63,723 nt of DNA, filler included, from Reclinomonas americana ATCC 50394 (GCA_048213135.1; 15 parts of 15 records of this genome joined end to end with filler, not necessarily neighbours in it); one strand, 5' to 3'; counted from the whole stretch's first letter, positions 1 to 13,074 are shown. Notes: generated by a model not told the origin, from the letters alone. A program made the numbers and translations.

Positions 1-445
1 GTGGTCACTGGAAAGTGGGGAGGAGGTGCGACACATTGATTGGACGTGTTATGTTGCTGTCACTCCCGATGGTCAGCACTTGGTGAGCGGCGGCGGTAAC
101 AACGCAGTGCGTGTGTGGTCACTGACGAGTGGAGAAGAAGTTCAACGGCTCAAGGGGCATTCCGAATTTGTGTTCTCCGTTGCCGTCGCTCACCATGGTC
201 AGCTGATTGCCAGTGGGGGCTTTGAGGTCATCACCATGTGGTCCACCCCCCTCGGCTTTGCTCTCCTCGAGCTCGACGAAGCACGAAAGGCCTTGCGTAT
301 TGTTCGAGACATGCAGGCACACGAGGTCGGTGACGAACCGCTCTCACGACGCTGTCTCCCGGAGCTGGTGTTGCGGTGCTTCATCGTCGAGGAGGCTGAG
401 GTTGTGGTGCACCGATGCCGAGTGGATCCGACGCTGCATCTGTAA
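1..445 (+). CDS. WD40-repeat protein, 5'-partial
   Basis: WD40 repeats VAVTPDGQHLVSGGGNNAVRVWSL and LKGHSEFVFSVAVAHHGQLIASGG. Frame is open from the window start; stop TAA ends at 445. Confidence 0.8.
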   Translation, partial: WSLESGEEVRHIDWTCYVAVTPDGQHLVSGGGNNAVRVWSLTSGEEVQRLKGHSEFVFSVAVAHHGQLIASGGFEVITMWSTPLGFALLELDEARKALRIVRDMQAHEVGDEPLSRRCLPELVLRCFIVEEAEVVVHRCRVDPTLHL

Positions 446-700
446 GCCTGTTTCGTGGATGCAAGGAACCTCTTGGAAGCATTTCGTCAATATAATCCCT
501 TTTTCTCAATTTCAGTGCTATGGTGACGCGGGATGACTGTTCTTATAGACGATGTGGAATGCATGAACCCTTCCCTTAATCAGTCAGCGACGCGAAATTC
601 ATTCCAGCCACGCTGTTCATACTCGCACACACACATTTTTTGCACAAACTTCTCACCACAGAGACGAAGAAAAACAACACAAAACATTGCAGCCCGAGCA

Positions 701-1294
701 TTATCGCTCACACATCTCCTCCAGTCGCTGCGCCCCGAGTGAGAGAATCTCCTTCAGTGCAATCGCGACCTCGTCCATCGCCGGTCGACTGTTTTGTCGA
801 CCACTGCCCGACCAGCAGCGTTGAATAATGGTCAGCACTGGTGGCGGGCATCGTTTTCCCGAGCACAGCTCCGGGCGCTTATTCAGCATGCCCACTTGCT
901 GCATGATGGCGTACTGGTTCTTGCCTTTGAACGGCACCTCGTTCGACATCATCTCGTTGAGCATGACCGCGAAGCTAGTGAAAGGCGGGCAATGAGACGG
1001 GATGTGCGTGTGTGAATGATCGCGAGATGGAAAAGCAAACCAAACCTGTACGTGTCGATCTTCTCGTCGTACGGTTCGTTACGAATGACCTCTGGAGCCA
1101 TGTAGAGCCTGCGAGAGAGAGAAAATAAGCAAAAAGGGAAAAGAAGGGCGCGCTTCGCACAGCAACATGACGACGCACATCGTTCCTGTCATGCTCATCA
1201 TTGTTTGCACGCTGTCCGAGTTGACGTTGACGCGGGAGATGCCAAAGTCGGCAATCTTGGCGTGCGAGCAGTCGCGCGTCATCAAGATATTGCC
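701..1294 (-). CDS. Protein kinase (TKL/MAP3K-like), C-terminal three exons, 5'-partial
   Basis: Spliced translation GNILM..[51 protein letters not shown]..RP covers subdomains VIb-XI. Two GT-AG introns restore the frame. Confidence 0.9.
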
Positions 1295-1360
1295 CTGTGA
1301 AGGGAAAGGTTGTGCGAGTTAAGGGAAGGATTGATATCACGAGCAAGGAGAAAAGTCGCG

Positions 1361-1402
<42 letters not shown>

Positions 1403-1502
1403 NNNNNNNNNNNNNNNNNNNNNNNNNNNNNNNNNNNNNNNNNNNNTTAATTAATTAANNNNNNNNNNNNNNNNNNNNNNNNNNNNNNNNNNNNNNNNNN
1501 NN
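1403..1502. other. Artificial 100-nt scaffold spacer with six-frame stop linker; same at 3475, 6603, 14090, 16734, 20041, 32282, 35858, 43467, 52061, 54279, 57372, 59637, 62403
   Basis: Identical N44-TTAATTAATTAA-N44 structure occurs 14 times. Confidence 0.98.
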
Positions 1503-2851
1503 CACCCAACGACCAACGCTCAAGCTCCCGCCCACAAACCATCGATCATTCCAATGACCACACGCGACTGCTCACGGTTTGCAAAGGCAGCCGTGAGAGC
1601 CTCAGCACGGCCATCCTTTGCATTCGCCAATATGTTGGCGCCGATGGAGAAAGAAGAATGTACGCTGCGTTAAGCAGGCTAAACACACTTTGGCATCCTC
1701 GACTCCGGTGCGCTGCAAAAACTGCTTGAATTCATCAAGAGTGCGGTAAGCAGCGGCACCAGCAACGAGGCACTCATTGTTGATTCTGCTGGTGATACTG
1801 GAGAGGGCCGAATTGATTCTCGACGCAATCTGCACGATGCAGATGATCGGCTTACTTTACGCGCACACACAAGACGGAGGGAGTGTATGTGCGTGTGTCT
1901 ATGGGAGAGAGAGAGAGAGAGAGACACACACACAGAGAAAACGACGTCCAAGCAGCGTACCTTCCCGGCAACCTCCTTCGCCCCGTCATAAGTCTCTACA
2001 ATAGCCTTGTACTTTGACAACCTGGGCGTGTTCATCACAGTTTCCTGGATGAGGTCGGGGTCCTTCTTGTGCCAGCGTTTGAGTGTCGCAAAGTCACCAC
2101 CGTCAAGGCTGCGGCGGATTGAAAAGCGCGCCACGGCGGCAATGGCTTCCTGCGCCGCGATGAAGTGAGAGCGTGGTCCACACGATGAGCAGCAATCGGC
2201 ATCAATCGAACGACACAAACCGCTGCCTTGCTGTCCAGCGTGGCAACCGTCTCACATGCTGCGTGACGCATCGCCTCAATGTCCTCGCACATCTTGGTGA
2301 TCTTGCTCGCAATCACGTTTGTGGTCTTGGTCAACTGCGTCTGCTCCGTGACCACCGACGCCAACAGCTTGGTTGCGTCACCAGCTGTTTGACGATTTGC
2401 GCGTTGACCTCACACATCAGTACTTCGGTGCGGTTCTTCTCCTTGCAGTGGCCCTCCTCAGTGAACAGGCCAAGGGCACGAACACCGTCACTGTCCGTAG
2501 GGACGCCGGCATTGCACAGGTACTGCGACATGGACCGCCTCTTGAAGGGCGGCTGCGAGCCGTCGTCGTCTTCGAAGCCATGGGCTCCTCGCTTGCGGGC
2601 AGACACAAGCATGTGGGGACCTAAACCACCGCCACCCACAATGGCGTTCCTGGGACTCATCTCACCTGTAATGAAGAGGTGCAGGAGTCTAAAAAACGTT
2701 CGACAACGTTACCCAACTGCAAACGACGCACGCAACTGCTGTAGGAGCTTCCGCCTGAGCTGGAGCGCAGAGCAGCCGGCGAGAATGGCGCCGCTGCCGT
2801 GGCCTCGGGGATGGAGTCACTGTTTTCATCATCAAACCGCAAGCTCATCAT
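1503..2851 (-). CDS. Multi-exon hypothetical protein with a coiled-coil segment; possible accessory ORF of the adjacent transposon; 3'-partial
   Basis: ORF pieces 2657-2851, 2331-2660, 2035-2364, 1679-2218 and 1602-1835 join in frame through GT-AG introns such as 2736-2666 and 2485-2409. Confidence 0.55.
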
Positions 2852-2992
2852 GATGAATCGAGTACGCGCTGCGGTACATTAGTACACTGCTCGAACGTGA
2901 GCAGCCCTTCTCTACACATGTTTCCCTCCTCATCTGACGTCTACTCTCCATTTGCATCTCATCTTTCTTCCTCTCGCGCTGCACTGTGAACG

Positions 2993-3346
2993 GTGCCCGA
3001 CAGTGCCATCAACCAGGTCATTGCACAGAGTCTACACAGTGTAGGCCTGCTCGATGCGCTTGCAGGCGTGTTGGCAAGGGTAAAGCGGGTCCATCACTCG
3101 ACAGGTAAACACGCGGTGCCCTCCAACAAGTGGCGCTGTTGGCGCTGCAGCCGCAAACCAAAGGCCTCTCAGCGCTCAAGTAAGTTCCTCAGACACATCA
3201 ACAGCAAGGTGTGCATGGGCGCGCTCTTCGTGTGTGTGTCGGTGCGTGTGTGTGTGTGCGTGACGGACAAAAGCTCACACTGCGGATTGACTTCATTTTC
3301 TGTCTCGACGTCGCTCTGCGCTGATGTGCACAGGCATGTGTTTGCA

Positions 3347-3382
<36 letters not shown>

Positions 3383-6300
3383 TCCCTTCCGTGGTGCTGA
3401 TGATCTCACACATGCACACAGAGCCACCGCATTCAGCTCGAGACAGTGGGCCGCACGATGTCTGCGGCAGCGACNNNNNNNNNNNNNNNNNNNNNNNNNN
3501 NNNNNNNNNNNNNNNNNNTTAATTAATTAANNNNNNNNNNNNNNNNNNNNNNNNNNNNNNNNNNNNNNNNNNNNCTGGAGGCGTTCACCGACGAGGAGCA
3601 TCAGCGCGTTGTGAACATGATTGAGGAATTCACTGCCAAGCAGATGGTACGTGCGCATGTGAGCGTCATCATGCTACTGTTGCTACTGGTGATGCGAGTG
3701 CCTGAGTTTGCCTGTGCGCACAGAAAGTCATTCCGCCCGACAACCCGTTCGCGCCTGCCAAATCACTCGAACACGCCCTTCTCATGCAATTCATCGAGTT
3801 GGTGAAACTCAGTCACAGCCAACAAGAGCTGCTTTATGCGCTTCTCACGTATCCCCGAGCCAACTTCAACAAGGACACCACCCCGAAGATATCCGACTGG
3901 CGGTGCAAGTTGAGCACATTTGGGCTTGCGGCGTCAGAGTATGTTGAGAGCGTCAAGCACTTCAACGAGCAACCAGGCCACTACATGCGGCTGGAGAAGG
4001 CCATTGCTCGTCAGCTGGCTTTGCCTGGTACACTGGATAGCCTCACACCTCGTCACTTGCATGTTACTGGCAAGGTATTGTGTGTTTCAACGCGCGCCAG
4101 TGTGTTGTGTCGCCCGCTCCCCGTGACGGCACCTCCGCAGACACCCGGCAGCGTTATTCGTCACGGGCCCATGACAGGGGCGCGAGTGAAGACGAAGGAG
4201 CTGCATGCTCTTGTCACGTATGCGACCCTCGGGAACGGCGAGCGCGTCGCTCTCTGGAAGAACTCTTTTGTGTGCGCTGCTGTCAACGGCGCGGACGTGA
4301 TTGCCAAGGTGCTGAATTCGTGGGATGTCGTTGAGTTGTTGATCATCATCCACTGTCGTTTGTGCTGGCATGCATCTCGCGTTGCCAACGTGTACTCTTG
4401 CGCATGTGGCAGGTGGGGCCCAACGGAGTCAAAAGAACCGTGGTGCAATTGTGGTTGTTTGACAGCCATCCGTATCCCTCAGTTGCGCCAATTCATGTTT
4501 GATTGTTGTCTCCTGCAGTAGCGCTGACATGCAGTGCTTAGCACCGCAGAATAATGTCAGCGTTTGGGGTGAACCAGCAGCAGATGTGGCTCAGCGCTTT
4601 GCTTGCCTCTTGGTGTGGCCGAGACATCCGTCAACGACGGCTGTTGTGGAAGTCACACTCAATCCCGGGACGGTGCTCGGACGAGTTTCCAGTCCAGTGT
4701 TCCGATGGAACGATGTGGACATGCTTTCCGCCGATCGTCCACGCAGCGTCCCATTGCTGTGTGTCATTCCGACAACTGTTGTTGCCGGCGGCAAGATGGC
4801 CTTTGTGCAATGCACCGACGATCAGATTCGCGGCACTGAGTGTGGTGTCGCGCTGACGGTAGGCTGCTGTTGTTCTCGGCTGCTCATTTCGCAGTTGTTA
4901 GACTAAGAGAGAGAGACTCTCTTGATTGCAGTATGATAACACGATGGAGGTCGGCGCGGACGAAGTGGTGGTTGTATTTGTAAAGACAGACTATGATGAT
5001 TTCAAGGGTGAGTGATGTGGACTTTGTTTGTTGCCAGTAGCATGCGTGCACTGACTGTTTTCGTTGTCACGCTGATGCAGAGTCACTGAGCACACGCGCG
5101 CAGCGACCAACAGGTGCATTGCACCTGGCGATTGTCAATCGGCCGGCCGATGAGCTGCGTTCTGGAAAATCCCGCTACTACCCGTGCGTTGGTCTCACGC
5201 CACCAGGTGCGCATACGCGGGTAGTGATGAGCCGTATTTACGCTCGAGGTGCCTTACGCTCGAGAATGGTCTTGCAGAGACGAGCAACATGTCAGCATAC
5301 AAACAGCTCACCATTTCTATGAACCGGCTTCGAAATGGCTTTGTGGCGGAGATCAATGGCCGGAAGTTGTGGGTAGTCGCCGACCTGCTGTTCCACTCAG
5401 CCGACGGCCCTGAGGCGCAGGAGGCTGCTGCGGTTATTCGCCAGCTACACTGCTGGTGGTGCCATGGTGAGTGTGTGTATTGGAGCACTCCCATTGTGTT
5501 GCGTAATCCTCACTTGCACGGTGGTGCATGTTGGCTGCAGGACTGGATCGAATGTTATCCACTGCCCGCAGACTGCCGCACCCTGTCGTTGTCCGCGACC
5601 AATTTGTCGGTGTGCGACCGAAGGTGGTTTGGCGCAATCTAGACCACACACGTGAAGTGGTTGCGAAGAGGAAGACGTCGGTTATACTGGGTGTGGCAGG
5701 TGACAGGAACCCTGCATCGGCACTCGTCACCGACTTGCCGGACTTTAACGTGCGTGCCTGTGTATGTGTTTGAGGTTTTCCCTCGCCTTAAAAAACTCAC
5801 AACCGCGCGCCACCCCCCCGCATGCAGGTTCATCGAGATATTTTGCTGCCCATCGATCTTCACATAGTTGCTGAGGGCATTGCTGTCCGTTTCCGCGCCG
5901 CACTCGAGACCTGCTTTCTGCGTCTCGTCGACGAGAAGCGCATCGTCGGCCAGATGATGTCGGACCTGGCCGATTTCATAAGTGCCATGTCTGGCGACGA
6001 TCCGACACTGGCTCGCGTCATTTACTCATTCGCCAACAACTGTGGTTCTTTCCTTGGACGAGACTGGATCGCCGTAACTCATGTCATCATGTTTGCACTG
6101 CGAGGTGAGGCTTCTTCCAGCCAGCAGGCCACGCATACACACGCGCATGCATTCGGAGTTGAGCGTGAGCACTCACACTGAGAATGCTCGCTTCACGCAG
6201 CGGTGCTCGTCAAGTACTGTCCGTCGTATTCGGAGGCCGAGCTGTTCACGTTGATGGAGGATGAGCCAGCTTTACTGCTCTTTCCGGCGCTGGCGGATTA

Positions 6301-8017
6301 CTATTCGCACACGATGGCCACTCATCGGGATAGCAGTGACGATGCAGCGTACGCGCGAACCATTTGGTATCTGCGAGCCGTCATTGGGTGAGTGTGTCGT
6401 CGAATGCCGCGCAATTGTGATCACGCTCCTCACTCACGGCACGAACACGTATGCGCAGAGCGTGTGGCGATGGTGTATCCGTCGAATCCTACAAGACCCA
6501 CGCACTGACGCACTCTCTCCAGCAGGAGAAGCAGGCTGGCATGTGCTGCTACGTGTCCGAGGCAGTTGGCGAGAAGCTACACCAGTTGCGCATGGGGGCT
6601 CANNNNNNNNNNNNNNNNNNNNNNNNNNNNNNNNNNNNNNNNNNNNTTAATTAATTAANNNNNNNNNNNNNNNNNNNNNNNNNNNNNNNNNNNNNNNNNN
6701 NNTACGGCAAGCACAGTCTTATCAACGCTGGTGCGTCGGTCGGCCTGTTGCGCAAGGACGCGCCGTCAGCTCTGCAGGAGACAGTGGGCTTCGCGAGTCT
6801 CCCGGTGTTGCACTGCCGGATCGAGGGGTTTTACACTGGCCGACGGCGTCACGTGCGGGCCTCCGAGCCACTCGAGCGCGAGCGGTACATGGTGGCGTAC
6901 CGTCCGTACATTCCAGTGTACGACGAAGCAGGCGAGGCGCGCTTTGATCCACTGACACGCTGCTTTGTGTGCGTCGTGCTGCTGTCGATGACGAGGATGA
7001 TTGTTTCGCATGTTGTCTCACGCACTTCCGCGCGTGCGACACAGGTACCGCCTGGCGAATGCTGTGATCATCGACGACGTGAAAGTGTTGTTCCCCTCCA
7101 GCTTTGCGCAGTTCCGGCACATGTGCCGAGAATGCTCGGTGCATCGTGTGGCTGGCAAGCGCAGTGGCAGTAATCGGTGCTTCGCCATCAAGGTAATTCC
7201 CTTGTCGCCTTATACATGTGTGCTTCTGCTTGCTTACTGCATTCGTGCGCGTGAAGTGTGTGCACAGCACCGCTACACCGGAGAAGATGGTGATTGTTTC
7301 CTCCACGACCGCTACAATCGACTGGATGGTCGGCGTTTTCAGTTCGATGCACTGGTGATGGACTGGGGCCCACTGCCGTGGGGCGTGGAGAAGCCCGACG
7401 CCGACGATGACGACTGCGGGAATTCAACTATTGCTGGTGAGAAGGCGTTGATCCTCGCTCGTCTGCGACCGCGGCAACAGCGACCACGTCCGAGCCGCCA
7501 CAGCCACGAATCAATGGCGAGTGCAAGCGCGGCGGCTCCTCATTCGCACACCCACCTACTCGCGACTCGGTCGAGCGCGAGTGACAGCGTCACGGCCCCT
7601 GTTGGTGGCGGTGACGAGGTGGCTGCGTGCGCAGAGGACGAAGAGGAGGGGGAGGGCGAAGATCACGAGGTGGATGGAGTGGGGAAGGTGGATGAGGTGG
7701 AGGAGGAGGAGGAGGAGGATGACGACGACGTTGACGTGGAAGAGGCTGCGGCGCGGTGGCGCCGAAAGGCGATTCAAGAGCTCCGCAAGGCGGCACAGCA
7801 GGCCAAGAGCATCGGCTTTCGGCACTGGGTGGAGTCACGCAAAGACAGCGAACTGTATGCGTGGCATGCCGGCGGTGGTGCGTGGGGCCAGGTTCCTGTG
7901 GATACGGCGATGGACGCCCGTGCACGTTCCAGTGCTCGACGTGCTGCTGTTGCCGCTCGCCGCAAGCCGGTCGCGACAGCCGCTGCACCACGTGAGTCAG
8001 CGAGGGGAAAAAAGTGA
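2993..8017 (+). mobile_element. Intron-rich CMC-superfamily (CACTA/EnSpm/Plavaka-like) DDE transposase gene spanning two gaps
   Basis: Spliced product has, in order: C2H2 finger (CWRC..FLRHINSK|SH), YMRLEKAIARQL, VFVKTDYDDF (D1), AIVNRP, RLRNGF..LFHSADGP (D2), CWWCH, LPDFNVHRD..IDLHIVAEGI, GSFLGRDW, KTHALTH..SEAVGEKLH (E), and C-terminal FRHMCREC..HRY..FLHDRY. Start position is approximate. Confidence 0.75.
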
Positions 8018-9770
8018 ACGATTTACGTACAACGTGGTACTGTTTGAGCATACAGAAGGCACATCGGTCGACGATTTCGCGATACTGACAGTCGACTGAA
8101 CGTCGTTGCGGGTTTGCAGTGCGACGTTGTGCGACCGCGTACCGAGCCGACTGCGGCCAACAATTTCACGACAGCGAGAATTGTTGTGAAACGTTTACCA
8201 ACTCTTCCGAGTTTCACAGACGTCGTGCATACTTGGACGCGTTGGGGCGTCTACTTCCGCACCCTAGAGGCTTTCGCGTGAACAGCTGCCAGCATGAAAT
8301 GGGCGGGAGTGCTCGCATTTCCTTTTTAAGTGTTTTTCCTTTTTTGTCGGACCTGCAGCTGGACAGGCTGACTGAAAATGGTGAAAACGTGTTCAGCTTT
8401 GCGAAAACAGCTGCTGGTGCACGTGTAGTCGCCAGCAAGTGTACGGCCCCTTCTGAAGCACATGCATGTTTAGTTCCATGATAAGGCGCACTTGTCTCTG
8501 TGTCGCTTCCTTCAGGCAAAGGCCGTGGCCAATATCAAAAGCGAGGTCGAAGCACCGGCGCCTCCCGGCTTGCATTCTGCCTGCAAGGGAAAGGCACCAC
8601 GCTTCGTCGATGGACTGATCACAGAGGCACAGGGAACAAATGCCGCGTTGCAACAGATGAATTCTTTTCGCACAATTGCCGAACAAACCGTTTTCGCGAC
8701 TGCTCAAATGAACGTTGTCTGGCTTTCCTGCTTTACTCTTCGGCATCTCCACCGCACGGCCTTTCTCCACTCGATCCATCTCAGAACAGAAATCACAGGC
8801 GGCCCTTCCACGGAACATTCTTCTCCTGCTGAATTCGAACACCAGCATTCAGGAACTTTGCTCTCCCGCTCCAACAACAGCGGCACATTATTCGCCAACA
8901 TAACAAGCTCCAGCTGTCTTGATGACCAACTCTGAATTCAAACCATCCACACAAGTACACACGCCAATCTCGAAGGCAGCGGTGTTTTTCATGCCCTTCT
9001 GCAGATCTTGTTATGAGCCGCAGCAGTTTCTCTTGCTGCTGTTTGTTGTAGTGGTGTGTGGTTATTACGTTCCGTGTGAGAACTGCGACTTGCACCGGAT
9101 GTCATATCCAACGACCGTCCATCTCATGCGGATTGTGCTGTTTTCGATTGGCGGATATCGAGATTGCCATTCCGAGTGTGTGGTGCCCGAAATGCGAGTG
9201 GCAACAACGAAAATCACGATCATCCTCGTGCCTCTGCTGACGCCTGGGTGTTGGCGCTCATGGCCAATGCCCGTGCAGCGCTCCTTTCCTCTCCACACGT
9301 GCCCGCGAATTCGAACATGTGCACATGACCAATCCCGCGGCGCGTGTGACCGTTGCTGCATACCTCCCTGTGCACGCTGTGTGTGACCCCCACTTCATCG
9401 CACCTGCCTGCACTGGCCCGAGTGGTCGCCAAAAATGCATGCAAGCGGAAAATATGCGAGGCCAATGCAATGCATCGTTTACAGCAAAACTGCGCTTACT
9501 CCACAGCGCGCATCTGTGCCTCACCCTCCACCCACACATGGTGGTACGAGACACCACATTTCCGTGCACGTCACCGCATATTGACAGCGACCGAATGAAC
9601 GGCAACAGGCCGAAAAAAATGTCGTTGCACACATGAATGGTCACGACATCGCGTTCGGATTCCCACTGCGTGTGTGTGTGTGAGAGAGCGAGAGAGGAGG
9701 GCACCCTCACATTCGGGGGTGTGCGTGTGTGTGAGTGTGCTCACTGCATGATCGAGTGCGCTACTAGATA

Positions 9771-12700
9771 ATGCTACTACGTGATCGCAAGCGCTTGTTT
9801 GCCACCGGCCTCATGGCCATTGGCATTCTGAGTGTGATGATGTGGCTCAATGCCCGCACGCTGTCATCCGCGAATGGAGGAGGAGGAGGAGGAGGAGGAG
9901 GCAGCCGAGGTGGTGTCTCGCAAGTGGTGGCCGATGTTATTGGGGCCGCCGCTGTCGAGTACGACGCCGAGGAGCAAGTGGAGAGGCCGGTGGTGGCCGA
10001 CGGTGACAGCGACAGCGCGACTCAAGTGTTATTGGAGGCAGCGCACCGTGCACTCGAGGCCGGCAAGGACGGCATCAAGAAGGAGTTGGAGGACTCGGTG
10101 AGTGATTGTTGCAAGTTGAGACAAAATAGACACACACTGCACGCTCTCTCTCTCTTTCACTCTGTGAGTGATGAGCGTTTCCTGTGTGCTGTCACTCATT
10201 ATCTATCTTTCAGTGAGTGAGTGAGTGAGTGCCTCCGTCGTCGTCGTCTGTCTTCTTTTGATGATCCTCCAAATCGAACATGATTTCACTCAGCACTGGC
10301 ACGCGCGATATGCGCACTCACCTCACACACAGCGAGAGAGAGGCTGAGGGAGAGAGAGAGAGAAAAGGAGACACACACACGCACGCAGTCGTCAGGAGTC
10401 GAATCGGCACTTTTTGTCGTTGCCTCGTGACCATTCGCGGAGGGTCACGACGCTGCGGGCAGCGACTCACTGTCTTCGATATCTGCATTGCAGACTTTTG
10501 ATTTTCTCAAGTCCATCCACGAAATGTTGGGCCTGGAGCCTCCAGAAGTGGAGGAGAAGGAGGAGGAGGAGGAGGGAGAGGAGGACGGCGATGGTGTCGA
10601 AGGAGAGGAGAGCAGTCCACTGGCACCGGTGCCTGCTGATCCGCTGCCCTCGCACGTGGTGCAGGCGCGAGACGCGACCACGCTCAAGCAGTTTGTGGAT
10701 CGGAGGCCGCTTGTGTTTGCCTCGCTGATCACGTTCACTGGCAGTTGTGTACCCTTTCACAGCTTGCCTTGCGTTCGTGTCACTCACTCTCTCACCATTT
10801 GTGATACAGAGGATCCAATGTTGGTGTTGCGAAACGTGGTCGGCAGCATTCACGTGCTCGGCGATCCCGACGCGAAACTCGTCTTGTACCTGCTCGGCTT
10901 TCCCAAGATCGTCAAGGGCGAGATCAATATCTTTCGCAATGTGGAGATTGTTGATGTCGTGGTGCGTTTGTGCTTGAAATGGATGCTTGTGCATGCACAC
11001 TGCCGCTCATACTGGTACGCAGGAGGAGTTCATGCAAGCGAAGAGCGACTACGCATCGGGCGAGTACCGCTACACTGTCAGCGAATTGGGTGCCGCAGTG
11101 GGCGACTGGTCGGCCTTGGTACGTGTGTCATCATGTTTCTCGTGCTCATCCGTGTTGTGGTTTGTGGATCAGTTTCTCATGTGCAGTAATGTCAGGTGAT
11201 TCACCACGCCGTGGAGAAATACGGCAAGGTTCTCTTCTTTACGCCGCTGTTCTTTGTCCGCGCCGGCATCCTCGACTGGGCGCAGGCCAATTTGGCGTCG
11301 GCAGGTTGCATCTTCATGCGACCTCTCGGCTCCGACAAGTTCACGGCGCACGTGCAGGGCTACACCATCGGCTCCGCGGCATATGAGCAAATCATTGTTC
11401 CGCGAGCCCGCTGCTCTTTCGCCCCGTGCGCGACGGCCAGCGGCACCATTGCCGACGATATCAATGCACGCGCTCTCAGCCTGAGTTGAGTTTGTCTGTG
11501 TCACTCTCGCAGTTTGCGTGTTACGAGGACTGATGAATGATACGACGCAGAATCCTTAACTTTGGAAGAACGCATCGGCGCCGGCTACTTCGAGGCCTAC
11601 AATATCCCCGTGGACGAGGCCACCGGCAAGGAGCGGTACGACTGCGACATACGCTTCAACACTGACTGGGCGTTCACTGCCACACCTGTGATGAACTTGA
11701 CGGCTGAGCAACGTGCAGCCAAGGTTCGTATGTGTTTGTGTTTTATGCCGGTGAGGCGCATGGCACTCACCCCACACTGTGCGCAGGAGGCTGCGGTGGC
11801 CGGTCGCCACCGCATTGCGTTGGGTGTGCCGACAACATCGCGGAAACTGCGCATCACTCGACCGCGCGATTTGCTTCTCTTTTCCATCCTCATTCAGTCC
11901 ACACTCATGTCAATGACTGGTACGTGCTGTGCCGCCTTTCTCACTCAGCTATTGCGCAAGAATGTTGTCTCACCATGTCGATATTGGTCAGAGTGGGAGC
12001 TGGGTCACGTGTCGATCGAGTTCTACGTCGGCTTTGACGAAGGCGATCCGTACTGGGACAATGTCAACAATGTGGCCGAGGTGCAGGCGTACTTTGAGCA
12101 GGTTTGGCGGCAGTTCCCCCTCGCATCCCGTCGTGCACGTGCTCTCATTCAGCTGATCCTGCCTCGTGTGTCTTTGCAGCTCACGCACGCATATCCCAAC
12201 ACGTTCCGTCTGGAGCTGATGCGCTTCCGCCAGTCGCACGGCTGGACAACGTTCTTGTGGAACGGTCTGTTTGAGCGTGCCATTCTCGACGGCTGTGAGT
12301 GGTTCTTCCAGGTGCGTGCACAACACGTAGCTCTCATGTGAGCATCGCTGACCGCGGCGGCGTGCCTGTGCAGGTCAACGACGACTTGCAGATCATGTCG
12401 CCTGGGTGGGCCACAGAGCTCATGAACCGGCTTCGCGAATCACACGTGCGGCCGTACTTTGGCATTGCCGGACCGCACGACGTGAACAACGACCGTCTCA
12501 TGACGCAGACCTTTGTGCACAAGACGCATTTCGACGTCATGAAGCGCATGTACTTTCCGTGGGAGTTCAAGAACTGGTACAATGACGACTGGGCCACGGC
12601 TGTCTACGAGGCCTCTGGTGCGCGATTCTGGGCGCATAATATCAAGGTGCGCGTGGTTGCAGTGTTGTTTCTTTTGTTGTATTACGATCGCTGACCGCGC

Positions 12701-13021
12701 GCACTGCCGACATACAGGTTCGCAACACCAATGTCAAGGGCACGAGGTACGCCGTGTGCGGCATGACTCGAGCCCGGCTCGACCAAGCACTGCAAGCTGG
12801 CCAACGTAATATTGAGGAGTGGCTTGTAACGCATCCGATGCCGGTGAGCTCGACGCCGAACAACTCTCTCAACGTCTCTTCTGTGTGTTGCACTCAAACT
12901 GTCGAATTCACAGGGTTATCCAAAGCCGCCACCACCTCCGCCGCCGCCGGATCCATTCACGCCGCCGCAGCCTGAATCGGCCAGCAGCAGCAATGGCGCC
13001 CCAGTCGCCGGCACTCCATAA
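9771..13021 (+). CDS. Type II membrane glycosyltransferase with two GT-A-like domains, about 12 exons
   Basis: N-terminal signal-anchor and acidic stem. Second domain WNGLFERAILDGCEWFFQ|VNDDL..PGW..GIAGP..TQTFVHKTH..FKNWYNDDW. Stop TAA at 13019-13021. Confidence 0.75.
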
Positions 13022-13074
13022 TTATCTTTTATAGTGTACACCAAGTGTTTTTCTGTACACTTTTTCTCAAAGTC

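Noticed and set aside
1403..1502. Recurrent TTAATTAATTAA motif
   Set aside because: It always sits centred in 100-nt N blocks. It is an assembly linker, not biology.
2409..2485. Apparent frameshift or TGA readthrough in the minus-strand gene
   Set aside because: A 77-nt GT...GAG intron with a CTGAT branch-like motif resolves it.
9065..9130. GYDIRC resembling a KDZ transposase motif
   Set aside because: A stop follows within a few codons, and the other KDZ motifs could not be assembled in order.
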